A stretch of 64,000 nucleotides of DNA from assembly GCF_006345805.1 (NCBI RefSeq), contig NC_043001.1, positions 122,822,001 through 122,886,000 on the forward strand. The letters run 5' to 3'. Both the position numbers and the translations under genes were made by a program. Below, piece after piece: positions 39,166-51,105 of this stretch. A model generated the notes under the pieces. That model saw only the letters and a program-made list of their open reading frames with translations, ran no database searches and was not told the origin of the DNA. Within the stretch, counting starts at the first letter, position 1, and each line of letters opens with the position of its first letter. The stretch comes from Octopus sinensis. Its lineage: Eukaryota.

Positions 39166-39669
39166 CAAAATTAAAGGACTGACCACTAAAAGTGGACGGG
39201 GTCAACATGCTAGATATAGACGTCAAATCGCTATTTTCCACGAAGAATGTGTTCTCAAATAAAAACTCAGCACAAACCAAAGCGTAAAAAATAAGCAAGA
39301 CAAATGAAAATACATATGTGTATGTGAGTGCGTGTATAAAATGTTTAAGGAAGGCTAGTAATGAGGTTAAAGACACTCTCAAATATGAAACCTCGACAGA
39401 GTTCGACGTCGAGAATAATAGTGTGTATTACATTAAATTAGATACAAATGATTCGTTACAGATCACCATATGTTTCGTTCTGTATGACCTTACCAAACAA
39501 AATGCATTTTATTTCACCTTCTGAATTTTTAGTTTATAATGAGATGAAAGTTTTGAAAGCGTTGGGTTTTTAAAAATCTATATAATGTAAGACGCAATTT
39601 TATATCATACTGAAATTTGTGAGGAGATTATCAAGGGTAGAAAAAGAATGACTAGTTTGAGAAGGGCAC

Positions 39670-40099
39670 TCTTTTACTTGTTTCAGTTATTTGACTGCGG
39701 CCATGCTGGAGCACCGCCTTTAGTCGAGCAAATCGACCCCAGGACTTTATTCTTTGGAAGCCTAGTACTTATTCTATCGGTCTCTCACGACGAACCGCTA
39801 AGGTACGGGGACGTAAACACACCAGCATCGGTTGTGAAGCGATGCTGGAGAAACACACATACACACAACACATACACACACATACATACATACATATATA
39901 TATTATATATATATATATATATATATTATATATTATATATATAAATACATATATACGACGGGCTTCTTTCAGTCTCCGTCTACCAAATCCACTTACAAGG
40001 CTTTGGTCGGCCCGAGGCTATTGTAGAAGACACTTGCCACGCAGTGGGACTGAACCCGGATCCATGAGGTTGGTAAGCAAGCTACTTACCACAAAGCCG
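39670..40099 (-). mobile_element. Full-length tRNA-SINE family B
   Basis: Head to tail homology with 17176-17557. Confidence 0.9.
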
Positions 40100-40394
40100 C
40101 TCCAGAAATCTATGAATAGTTTAGAGATGATAACTAATTCGTAATATAAACAGAAAAACAGCGAGTGGACCCAAATTACATTGGATTATAGTAATTAAGA
40201 AAATAGAAAAAGTTATTAATTCAGTGATAAGTATTTATAATTAGAAGTTCAACAATTGTCTTGAAGGAAGCTAGCTAGCGAGGAAAACTAATTTTCTAGA
40301 AGAAAGAAACTTCAAGGAAAAGATGCTTCATAATTTAGTACACATCGCCAGTGTATTAACCAGATGTGTACAGAAAAAAGGGAGAAAGGAGAGG

Positions 40395-40630
40395 ACTTGA
40401 CTAGACAGCTTTCACCCGGGGTGGGTTGAGCTGGCTTCATTCATCCTCAATGCTGCATCTCTCACAAACGCCGACCATGCCTGGCGATTTGAGGCTAACG
40501 ACCGCGTGATCTCCAACCACTCCTTATTCAAGCGGCGAACGCTTTAGATATGGGGGCCTAGGTTGGGTTCCAGATCAGCCTTGACTGTCATCAGCCAGGT
40601 TTTTCGTTGTCCACCACATCGCTTTCGCTA
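40395..40630 (-). pseudogene. RTE-clade LINE 3' end
   Basis: GGQRKTWLMTVKADLE..GP....RR..KEWL...LASNRQAWSAFVRD...PG*, followed by a tcaagt tail. Confidence 0.8.
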
Positions 40631-41428
40631 ACCCTGAAGGGGGGGGGGGCTGAGGCAATTGCCCCAGGACACAGAAATACAAAGAAAGAAGCACTAAACT
40701 GTAAGTGGGACATAAAGATGATGATAATCTCTTTATTATAGGAATACTAGAGAAGGGGCCACTCGGGTTGTGTCAGCCCCAGTTCTTTACTTCTTTTTTT
40801 ATCGACCTCGAAAGAACAAAAGGTTAAGTCGACTTCAGCGGAATTAAACTCAGAACGTAAAGATTCTGCCACTTCGCTAACGAGTCTGCCAGCTCACCGC
40901 CTTAATAATAAAGGTTTCAAATTTTGGCACAAGGCCAGTAGTATCGGGGGTTGGGGAGGGGAGTTGATTACATCAATCTCTGTGCACAACTGATACTTAT
41001 TTTTACCGAAACACGAATAGTTGACAGGCAAAAATCAACCTCGACAGAATTTTGAACTCCCTTTGTCTTTCTGTCTCTCTCTATCTCTGTCTCTCTCTGT
41101 CTCTCTCTCTCTCTCACACACACATACACATATATATACAGATGAAACGAAAATGTGCTAGTTGAAGTAACTCAGGACAGCATGTACCTGAAGAAGATGA
41201 ATAAGCTTATATCAAATAACATACAAGAACACATACACACGTGCACATAAGCATACTGTACGTATTATGCGCGCGCACGTGTCTGTCTGTGTGTCTGTGT
41301 GTGTGCAGGCGCATAGCCAAGTGGCTAAGGAGCTGGACTTACGATCGAGAGATCGTGGTTTCAATTTCAAGACCGGGTGGTGCATTGTGTTCTTGAGCAA
41401 AACACTACATCTTTTGATGAGCAAAACA

Positions 41429-41484
<56 letters not shown>

Positions 41485-41844
41485 ATTATATTTGAAAGCT
41501 CCGACAAAGTATTACTACTCTCAAAAGACCGCCATCTATTTGTCTATAAAATAGATATTTGGGGACAGTACAGGTGAATATCGTAAGGGGCTGGAGCAGT
41601 GAATTACTGACGACTGTTTCGTTAAGATTCCAGCACTGATGTCAAATTCACTCCCCTGTGTGCGTGTGCGTGCGCGCGTGTGTGTGTGTGCGTTTTGTGT
41701 GTGTGTGTGTGTGCGCGCGCGCTTTTGAGTCGGGAGGGGGTGAGGCTCGGTTTAACACATACATTATACCCCGTATCAGTGTCACAAAAACATTAATTTA
41801 AAGGGTTCAAATTTTCTACAGTTGAATGGGTTTTGATTAAAGTA

Positions 41845-42188
41845 GATGCTGAGACCCCCTTCAGTCATGACTGACCATAGGATTGCACTTAGACAGTTAC
41901 CCTCCCAGGCACAAGTCCGGGCAATGTTGTTTATGGAAGACCAGCAGTCGCCCATGCATACCCGTTTTCCCCTCCCCACGCCACCAATTTTATCCAAGGA
42001 AAAGGCAAAGGGGCCGATACAGCTTAGTACCTGTGACGTCACAACTCATTTCTACAGCTGAGTGAACTGAAGCCACGTGAAATAAAGTGTCTTGCTCAAG
42101 AACACAACACGCAGCGCAGTCCGGGATTCGAGCTCACAACCTCACGATCGTAAGCTCGACGCTCTAACCACTGAGCCATGCGCCTTCA
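41845..42188 (-). mobile_element. tRNA-SINE family C (tail variant 2)
   Basis: Homologous to 4880-5178. Confidence 0.88.
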
Positions 42189-42542
42189 CAAAGTAGATAC
42201 ATTGAAGTCATCAAACATAAAAAGCAAAACTGATGGATTGCTTTCGTCGGAGAGCTTGATATCTCTGAATTTTAGAATTTTGTAAAATATTGTAAAAACA
42301 ACAATGCAAAATATCGAAGGAAAATAATATAAAAAAATATGCTGCATTGCAATTAGGTAAGTTTTCTCTTGACTTTGTTAGATTTATGTATTTGTTTTGC
42401 AAGATTCTTGATGTGAAATTGAGTGTTGAAACAAATATTGTTATATTTCGGGACGGTAATTTTATATTATTTTGTTGCCGAATAAACACACGCACGTTAT
42501 GTTCTTACTTCAGATCTATTATTGTTATTTTCGTGTTCTTTG

Positions 42543-42587
42543 CCTAAAATCTTTCGTCACCCATCTTGTGACGACATCTTCAGCGAC
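42543..42587 (-). ncRNA. HHR motif, family G (left arm)
   Basis: CTGAAGA-TGTC-GTCAC-AAGATGG-GTGAC-GAAA-GATTTT; stem I poor. Confidence 0.5.
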
Positions 42588-42634
42588 TCTTCACCGCGCA
42601 GACTAAACAGAACAGGAGGCACGGGGGATGGGGA

Positions 42635-42677
42635 GTTGCTGAAGAGGTCACTGGATGTGTGACGAAAGATTTCAGAC
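42635..42677 (+). ncRNA. HHR motif, family G (right arm)
   Basis: CTGAAGA-G-GTCAC-TGGATGT-GTGAC-GAAA-GATTTC; short stems I and III. Confidence 0.6.
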
Positions 42678-42860
42678 AAAGGACACGAAAATGGAAACAG
42701 CAATAAAGCTGAAATGAAGAATATAGCGAGCGTGTGTTTAGTTGGCAAAAAAACCCCAAACAAACAAAAACATCTCAACTTTGTTTTTAGATTTACTTTC
42801 ATTGCAGTAAGGAGACCTATTTCAGTTGTCATCTCTTTCTTTCTTTCTCTCTTTCTCTCG

Positions 42861-42894
<34 letters not shown>

Positions 42895-42908
42895 TACACA
42901 CACACACA

Positions 42909-42939
<31 letters not shown>

Positions 42940-42989
42940 CACCACACACCACACACACACACAACACAAACACACACCACACACACACA

Positions 42990-43039
<50 letters not shown>

Positions 43040-43354
43040 TAATTAAGGGTTAATTGCAACAAGTTGCTCAAAATCACATACCGAAAATATTAGAAATAGC
43101 AGCCAAAATTGATCACTATTTCCTCTACTAATAAAAAGTCTCCACAAACAAACAGAATTTGTAAGCTGTATATGGCAAAAAAGGCAGAAAATAACGAAAT
43201 CCCAGCCTATATATATATATATACAGAAACAGTCGTCAGTAATTCACTGCTCCAGCCCCTTACGATATTCACCTGTACTGTCCCCAAATATCTATTTTAT
43301 AGACAAATAGATGGCGGTCTTTTGAGAGTTGTAATACTTTGTCGGACCTTTCAA

Positions 43355-43406
<52 letters not shown>

Positions 43407-43906
43407 TGCAACAATTCAGTGCAGTAATATTCTAACAAAAATTTCCTGAAAAATAAGTCATCAAGTGCAAACTGAATAAAGTCACGCTTGCACTTGATGA
43501 CTTCTGTTGGCTGACCTATGTATGGGTAAGATACAGTAAAGGGATAGTCATGGTAAACAAACAAACAAACAAACAAAAACATGTTTGTTTAATTTCTTGT
43601 CAAAATAGTTATAAATATTTAAATGTAATAATAAATTGCACCAAATGTCACAGAAATTTCATCTGACTATAATATAATTCACGATTATAAAAATAGATTG
43701 AACAGAAAAAAATAATGTTTAAAATGCAAAAAAGTAGAATTCCACTGTGTCAGAGAGGATATATTTCCTTCACTTTCTTATTATGCGTAAAAGCATTATC
43801 ATTTAGTTCAGAATTGTCTGCTGCGCAACCACATTATTCCAGGTTCGATCTGAAGGCGCGGTACTTTGAGCAGATGTCTTAGCGCACGCGCGTGTGTGTA
43901 AGTATA

Positions 43907-43981
<75 letters not shown>

Positions 43982-45035
43982 CTGATAAGAGTAGATATAA
44001 TACCTTGATCTTAGTCATCAATGATAGCGAAATATTTAGATGAACATTTATTTAACAAAAGAAAAATTCAAATGCCACGACAAATTTGTTTCGTTACTCA
44101 AAAACATGCAAAGAGGTTATATTATCGTATTTAATAATAAATGAATTACTTAAACATCTGCATTATTGCAAAATGCAAAAGAAAAAATTCAAGCAAAATA
44201 ATGCAGAATTTGAGCTTCGTAGTCAGATGAAAGAAAGTATTTCGTTAAAAACAAATATTCTACGTAACGGTTTACCACCTGATGATCAGAACGAGTAAGT
44301 CTAAGTGCTGTAAATAGGAGTTTTTCATTTATAATGTATTAAAGAACACTCTACATTGGCTTTTGTAATTTATCGCTTCCAAACCTCGACGCTAAACCCC
44401 AAATCTAACCTTAAATCTTATACTCTAAACCCTAATCATAATCCTAAACCCCAACTCCAATTCTAAACTGGAATTTGTTTGTTTTGTAATATTTCGCAAA
44501 AATTTCTTCGAGGATTTTATCTGTTTCAAATTATTTACAAGTCTGTTCCACCGTTTCACATGATTTTATTCATTAAAACGTATTAAACTTCAAAACGTCT
44601 TGCGACTTTCATCGTCTAATTTTTACTTTCATTTTGTTTAATAAAAATTCGTCATCGTAATGTTTTTTTTAGAATTTCATTTTGTGACAGACAGTTATCA
44701 GACAGAAAATGCCAACTTCCAAATCCTATTTGCTGATTGAGTGAAGATTATCAACCATTGTTCTAGCTTTTTGTCTGGAACAAGTGATTAACAAAATTAG
44801 ATTCAGCGTGAAAAATTACAGTAATATACCAAATTATATATACAATATATATATTGTTTCGAATTTGTGTGAATGTATATAGAATAATATATCAGTTGAA
44901 TAAAGTTATAACATAGTCTGGCTTTCACGTTTTTTTTTTTATTATGGCATTTTAGGTATTCTAAAATTTCAGCCGGTTGGAGCGTTTTAAGAGGTACCAA
45001 AGTTGACAAGAACTCTACTGTCAGTTAAACACATT

Positions 45036-45077
45036 TGAAATCTGATGAATACAGTATGTATGAAAGCGCTAATTTTG
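45036..45077 (+). ncRNA. Minimal type I hammerhead ribozyme with palindromic stem III
   Basis: Stem I TGAAAT/ATTTTG, CTGATGA, stem II ATAC/GTAT, GAAA, AGCGCT palindrome, cleavage predicted after A45071; AATAAA downstream. Confidence 0.72.
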
Positions 45078-45155
45078 TTAAAATACCATAATAAAAAACG
45101 TGAAAACCAGACCATGTTTTAACTTTATTCAACCGATATATATATATATGTATAT

Positions 45156-45313
45156 ATAAGAATTTTTTGCGTAATGAGATAAAAAAACCAAATGAGATAA
45201 ACGAATGATATATATATATATATATATATATAAGTAATGAGATAAAAATCCAAAACGTAATGGTATAAAAAAAACCTTGGTTTTTTTATCTCATTACGCA
45301 ACAGATTCTTATA
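45156..45313. repeat. Small inverted repeat built of taatgagataaaaa units around (TA)n
   Basis: ataagaattttttgcgtaatgagataaaaaaacca / tggtttttttatctcattacgcaacagattcttat. Confidence 0.8.
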
Positions 45314-45453
45314 TACACACGCTGACATAGAACCAACGTTGAACCCCTTATTCGCAAAATTATCGAATCTGGAACTTAACTATGTTCTGTCTATAGCACT
45401 TATTCAGCATTACCTGACACCTTTGGGTCTCAATGGCACCATTATCTCTCTCT

Positions 45454-45506
<53 letters not shown>

Positions 45507-45580
45507 ATATATATATATATATCGTTAGCAAATCATAAATCCGTAACAGAAGCATAGAGCAGTAGAAGGATTATATAATG

Positions 45581-45745
45581 ATAAAGATAGTTATAGCTGG
45601 TCTGTGGGGTTACCCAAAGTTTCACGTCCTTAAAGCTACCATAGGCCACCGGATATTAGAGTCTGAAGAAACTCCGTAAAGCCAGGCGCCTTATACAGGT
45701 GAAACCCTGGGTAACTCCACAAACCGGCCATAACTATGTTTATCT
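45581..45745. repeat. Foldback element containing an HHR
   Basis: ~45-bp arms gataaagatagttatagc...gtttcac / gtgaaac...ccataactatgtttatc. Confidence 0.85.
45659..45717 (+). ncRNA. Type I hammerhead ribozyme motif
   Basis: Stem I GAGT/ACTC, CTGAAGA, imperfect long stem II, GAAA, stem III ACC/GGT, GUA triplet (cut after 45713). Confidence 0.65.
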
Positions 45746-46057
45746 AATTATATATCTATACACACATACAAGCGTATCTATTTCTATGTTTGTGTATGTA
45801 TATACATGTTTTGTTTGTATTTTGATCGATCTATCTCTATTCGGGTGATTTATATCTCTTCCGCAGTGTATTAATCCGTGACAACCATTTTCGTTGGTTG
45901 TTGTTTAAAGGTCTTGCCCTAAAATGTAGAACCGCCACGATCTCTAGATAAGACAGCTGGTGAGGGGAATTTTTCATTTGCTTTCTCCGTTGTGTACCCT
46001 GGAGCCTAGTTTCTTTCGTTATGATATCGACCAATGTCTTCTTACACGCAACCACAT

Positions 46058-46510
<453 letters not shown>

Positions 46511-46696
46511 GCCACTATCTGGCATATACAGGTGCTTACCCTTATCAAGTATTAACCCTAGATTTACAGTACCCACTATATATATACGCACATATATATT
46601 ATACATATGTGTGTACCTGTATCAGTGTGTGTGCATGCAAATAAATATATATATATATATATACCTGCAAACACACACGCACACTCATGATTGAGC

Positions 46697-46774
<78 letters not shown>

Positions 46775-47000
46775 TGTATGTAGGGTTAATTTGCTGTTTT
46801 TTTTTTTGTTGTTGCTTTTGTCAGCAGAAGCAAAAAGACTGAATAACAAGCAGTTGACAACTTCGTGACCTCTACAAGTAGAAAGGTCATGACTTGTTGG
46901 CTTCAGTTAACAATCGAACCCGGATCGCAGACTGAATTTACGAGAGCGTGCCTCATAACATTCTCTACAATCCTTAACATGAGAAAAATAATATACTCAC

Positions 47001-47021
47001 CTTCACATAGGCCAATATACA
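47001..47021 (-). CDS. Candidate 21-nt microexon
   Basis: Long pyrimidine tract ...ctcttttttctgtttctgtcAG | TGTATATTGGCCTATGTGAAG | GTGAGT; open in two frames (CILAYVK or xYIGLCE). Confidence 0.5.
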
Positions 47022-48289
47022 CTGACAGAAACAGAAAAAAGAGATGGGGATAGAGATCAGAGCAACAGAACAAGAGTTAACATCAGTATTACTAAACTGA
47101 AAACAGATGTGGTATTTTTTACTTTGTTCTTGAGTTCCGCATTTTTTGCGCATACACCTTTGCATTGATTACATCAGGTCTTGTAGTTGTTTTTGTTAGT
47201 GGAGAACGCATTAAAAACTTCTCTCGGGATGCAGGTTTTACTTATTTGTGCAACGCGAGACTTTAGTGTTTTGAATCAATTACAAAGTAAGGGTGTTGAA
47301 TAAATGTAAAAATCTAGGTGATATATGAGCCAGCAGCATACAGTGCTATCATCTGTATGTATTCATATTATATCAACAATGTATTATACAGCTGTACACC
47401 CAATGTGTTTTTCTGCTATTTTATTAAGACTACATACATACATTCATACATACGCACGTAAGTACGTATACATGTATGTATGTATAAAGAGAAACGAGCT
47501 GTTTTTCGGACAAAATTGAAAGTAGATCACAACAGAATTTCCTGTTTAGAGAATTTTTTTGTTTTTTCTCGGAGAAATAAATGTTTTTATTCCTGTACAG
47601 CTTTTACAGTTTCCCCTATTATGCAAATTATGTATATATTTCTTTAAGGTTTATTGTTTTCCTTTGCAGAATTCAAGCCAAATGTATGTACGTATGTATG
47701 TATGTATGTATGTATGTATGTAGTATGTATGTGTGTGTGTTGTGTGTGTGTGTGTGTGTGTGTTGTGTGTGTGTGTGTGTGTGTGTTTATGTATGCCTAT
47801 GTGCATGTTTGTGATATCTATTACCTCTGCCTTCGCTAAGGCTAAGGTATTGTTTTCAGTCGTGTTTGTTTGTTTGTTTGTTTGCCCGTGGACAAGATAT
47901 CTCAGTGTGGCCTCGTGACTGACACGAACCGATTAGATTTTGGAATCAATCCGGTACCAGACAAGGATTCTGGATTATTTGCCCGTTTTTTTTTTGCTTT
48001 TTTTTTTACTAAATTTTTGAGAGCGGTCGGGTTCATATTTAGTATTCTTGTTTGTGAGAGCAGTTGAGTTTATTTCAGATATTCTCGTTTTAAAAATCAT
48101 CTCTGGCTAATCGTTGAGAGGACGTTGGTGTTGCCTTGGCAGAGGTTTGCGCTCTCAGAGTACTCTTCTTTAAGTTCTTTTTCGCAGAATTGAACCTAGC
48201 CTCTAAAACCTTACAAGAGTTCTTTGAATTGAAGACAGTTCTAGGGATTTGTGCGTATATGAGTGAGTTTGCCTGTGCATATATGTATG

Positions 48290-49230
48290 TTTTATGTATG
48301 TATTCTCATGTATGCATTCTCATGCATATAGTTGCTTATCTAGGCTTGCTCATATATATATCAAAATGATAAACTTCTGGAAAGTTTTACAGATTTCTAC
48401 AGCTCCAGTGATGGATTGGATCTGTAGTCTTCGAATTAGCTTTCTCCTTTCTGGTGTTGAGAAGCCTAATTTCTCAAGATTGGTATTTAGGCAGTGTGTT
48501 ACATATCCCAGGGCCCCAATAATTACGGTTATAAACCTGAACTTATAATCTGGATAGAGTAACTGCAGATTTCTCAATAGTTCAGCACAGGTGTTCTCTT
48601 TTTTACTGATATTTAGCTTTGTGTTAACATCCGCTAGGCAGCTAATTTCCACAACTGTGCACAGTTTCTCTGCTTTATCCCAGTTCATTATATCAGGTCT
48701 GTTGTGCTTATATTTTATTGAGGTCTTCACTGGTACGTTACACCAGTATTCCTTTTTATTATGTGTGGCTATGGCTTCTACCATATTGTGGGTTCTTATT
48801 TCTTTGTCCTCGGAATTATCCAACCGACGGATTTCATTATAGAGTGTCCTAGCTACAACGTCATGTCTCATTGGTAGATAATACCATGATGAAATTTTTG
48901 GACAACAGCAAAGTGGAAGGTAGTAATTCAGCTATAATAAACTGCTTTGATGATCGAATTTATTATGTTACTATCATCACGGAGCTTTCTACTAACATAT
49001 CCATTGTATGTACGACTATGCTATTGTACATGTTCTTTGTCTATATCCTTAACTTCTTGGAGGTTTTAGGTATACTTATACTAATGTGTCCATCTGTTCT
49101 AATTTAATTAAATTCTATGTCTTTGTGCAGTTGAAGATGGCTCTACATTTTAAATTGATGTCATGATTGCATTGTTCAATTAAATGGAGTTGCATGAAAC
49201 TACTGTACTGCATTACCTCTGGATATCTTA
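48290..49230 (-). pseudogene. R4/Dong-like non-LTR retrotransposon 3' part with restriction-like endonuclease
   Basis: ..CPKISSWYYLPMRHDVVA..HNRPDI..VVEIS..KKE..ELL..II.GALG (RHD and PD-E-K RLE motifs), 173-aa ORF 48350-48871 plus 3'UTR. Confidence 0.88.
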
Positions 49231-49449
49231 GCTGCTTATTTTGATTTTAATCACCTTATTTTGAAATTGTATGAATAATACTGTACTAAATTCTGGTGCC
49301 TCAACTTAAGTACCTTATTCATCTGAATCTAAAAAAAGTTCATTGTATGTATGTATGTATGTATGTATGTATGTTGTATGTATGTATGTATGTATGTATG
49401 TATGTATGTATGTATGTATGTGTGTATGTATGTATATATGTATGTGCAG

Positions 49450-49708
49450 ATTTGTATGTTTTATATATGTATTCTCATGCATATAATTACATATCTAAAC
49501 TTGCTCATATATATTTAAATGATAAACTTTTGGAAAGTTTTAGCGATTTTTACAGTTCTAGTGATGGACTGGATCTTTAGTCCTCGAATTAGCTTTCTCC
49601 TTTCTGGTTTTTAGAAACCTAATTTCTCAAGATTGGAATTTAGGCAGTGTGTTACATATCCCAGGGCTCCAGTAATTACAGGTATAATCCTGAACTTGTA
49701 ATCTGGAT
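49450..49708 (-). mobile_element. Second, short 3' copy of the same RLE LINE
   Basis: Similar to 48290-48555; 3' end abuts (TATG)n 49346-49440. Confidence 0.88.
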
Positions 49709-50087
49709 ATATATATATATGTATGTTTGTGTGTATGTATGTATGTCGGTAAACAGTATACACATGGGGGAAAACTGGAAAAAATTCCATTCAGTGGCTT
49801 TGATACACTCGAGTTGCACAAACGCCCATTACCACTCGCGCCATTTGTAAATGCTGTAAACCAGTGCTTGACCCACTGGATACATATAACCAACAATTAT
49901 TCACAAAATACGGTCAAAATTGATAGTAAATGAGATAGTTGTGACAGGAAATCTGTAACTGTAGTTGTATCAAATGGAGCGATAAATCACGACATCAATG
50001 TAACAAGAGAAACTATTTGTAACGCTTGGTTGTGTAAAGCTCTTTCCTGAAATCTTCACCAAGACTATACTTACCTTTTTACGTGTC

Positions 50088-50597
50088 TGCCAGCTCGCCA
50101 AGGCGGCGATCTGGCAGAAACGTTAGCGCGCCGGGCGAAATGCTTAGAGGTATTTCGTCTGTCGTTACGTTCTGAGTTCAAATTCCGCCGATGTCGACTT
50201 TGCCTTTCATCCTTTTGTGGTCGATAAATAAAGTACCAGTTACGCACTGGAGTCGATGTATTCGACTTAACCTCTTTGTCTGTCCTTGTTTGTTCCCTTG
50301 TGAAAGGTAAGAGAGTCCAGTTTGCTGGACATTGTTGTAGAGCTGCAAAAAGAGGTAATTTCTACTCTTCTCCTCTGGAAGCCATCTACTCGCAATACCA
50401 GAGGGCGCACACTCTCCTACCCTGATGTAATCTCCAGGGATACAGGCATCCAGCAACAGGACCTCCGTAATGCCATGATGGACCGTGAAGTCTGGCGTAG
50501 CATGGTAAATTCCATTGTCTCGACCACGGTCGAACAATGATGATAATGATGATTGTTCCCTCTATGTTTAGCCCCTTGTGGGCAATAAAGAAATATA
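50088..50597 (+). mobile_element. Family A SINE with ~19-bp flanking direct repeat, split by an RTE insertion
   Basis: tatacttacctttttacgt on both sides. Confidence 0.85.
50299..50552 (+). mobile_element. 5'-truncated RTE LINE with (TGA)n tail and 9-bp TSD
   Basis: RVQFAGHCCRA..EVIS.LLLWKP..MMDREVWR; TSD TTGTTCCCT at 50290-50298 and 50553-50561. Confidence 0.9.
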
Positions 50598-50696
50598 TAC
50601 TTACCTTTTTACGTATCTTTTACTTCTTTCTCTCGTTGAAGTATGGCCTTACTATAGCACCGCCTTGAAGGCTTTAAGACACATAAAGAAGCCAAT

Positions 50697-51105
50697 ATCT
50701 ATTTCTTTACTACCAACAAGTGGCTAAACACAGACAAACGGATTAAGTCGATTATATCGACCCCAATGCGTAACTGGTACTTATTTAATCGACCCCAAAA
50801 GGATGAAAGGCAAAGTCGACCTCGGTGGAATTTGAACTCAGATATAATCGACTTAATCCGTTTGTCTGTCTTGGTTTGTCCCCTCTGTGTTTAGCCCCTT
50901 GTGGGTAGTAAAGAAACAGGTATTTCATCTGTCTTTATGTTCTGAGTTCAAATTCCGCCGAGGTTGACTTAGCCCTTCATCCCTTCGGGGTCGATAAATT
51001 AGGTACCAGTTACGCACTGGGGTCGATGTAATCGACTTAATCCGTTTGTCTGTCCCTGTTTGTTCCCTTTATGTTTAGCCCCTTGTGGGCAATAAAGAAA
51101 TAAGA
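50697..51105. mobile_element. Cluster of family A SINE pieces: antisense 50697-50842, sense dimer 50843-51105
   Basis: Core and tail motifs; junction gaaacaggtatttc at 50913-50926. Confidence 0.85.

Larger units (their letters stand above)
41490..43356. repeat. 131-bp inverted duplication (41490-41620 / 43226-43356, 2 mismatches), extended by (TTA)n/(AAT)n
   Basis: Direct base-by-base comparison. Confidence 0.95.

Noticed and set aside
41186-41225. CTGAAGA-A-GAT..ATC-AAAT as an HHR
   Set aside because: G12 is absent and there is no stem I.
44086-44298. 70-aa ORF with a nearby GTAAGT donor
   Set aside because: No convincing acceptor or homology; AT-rich composition.
50066-50085. Strong AAG|GTAAGT donor (minus), duplicated at ~50597
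   Set aside because: It is part of a SINE tail and flanking duplication.
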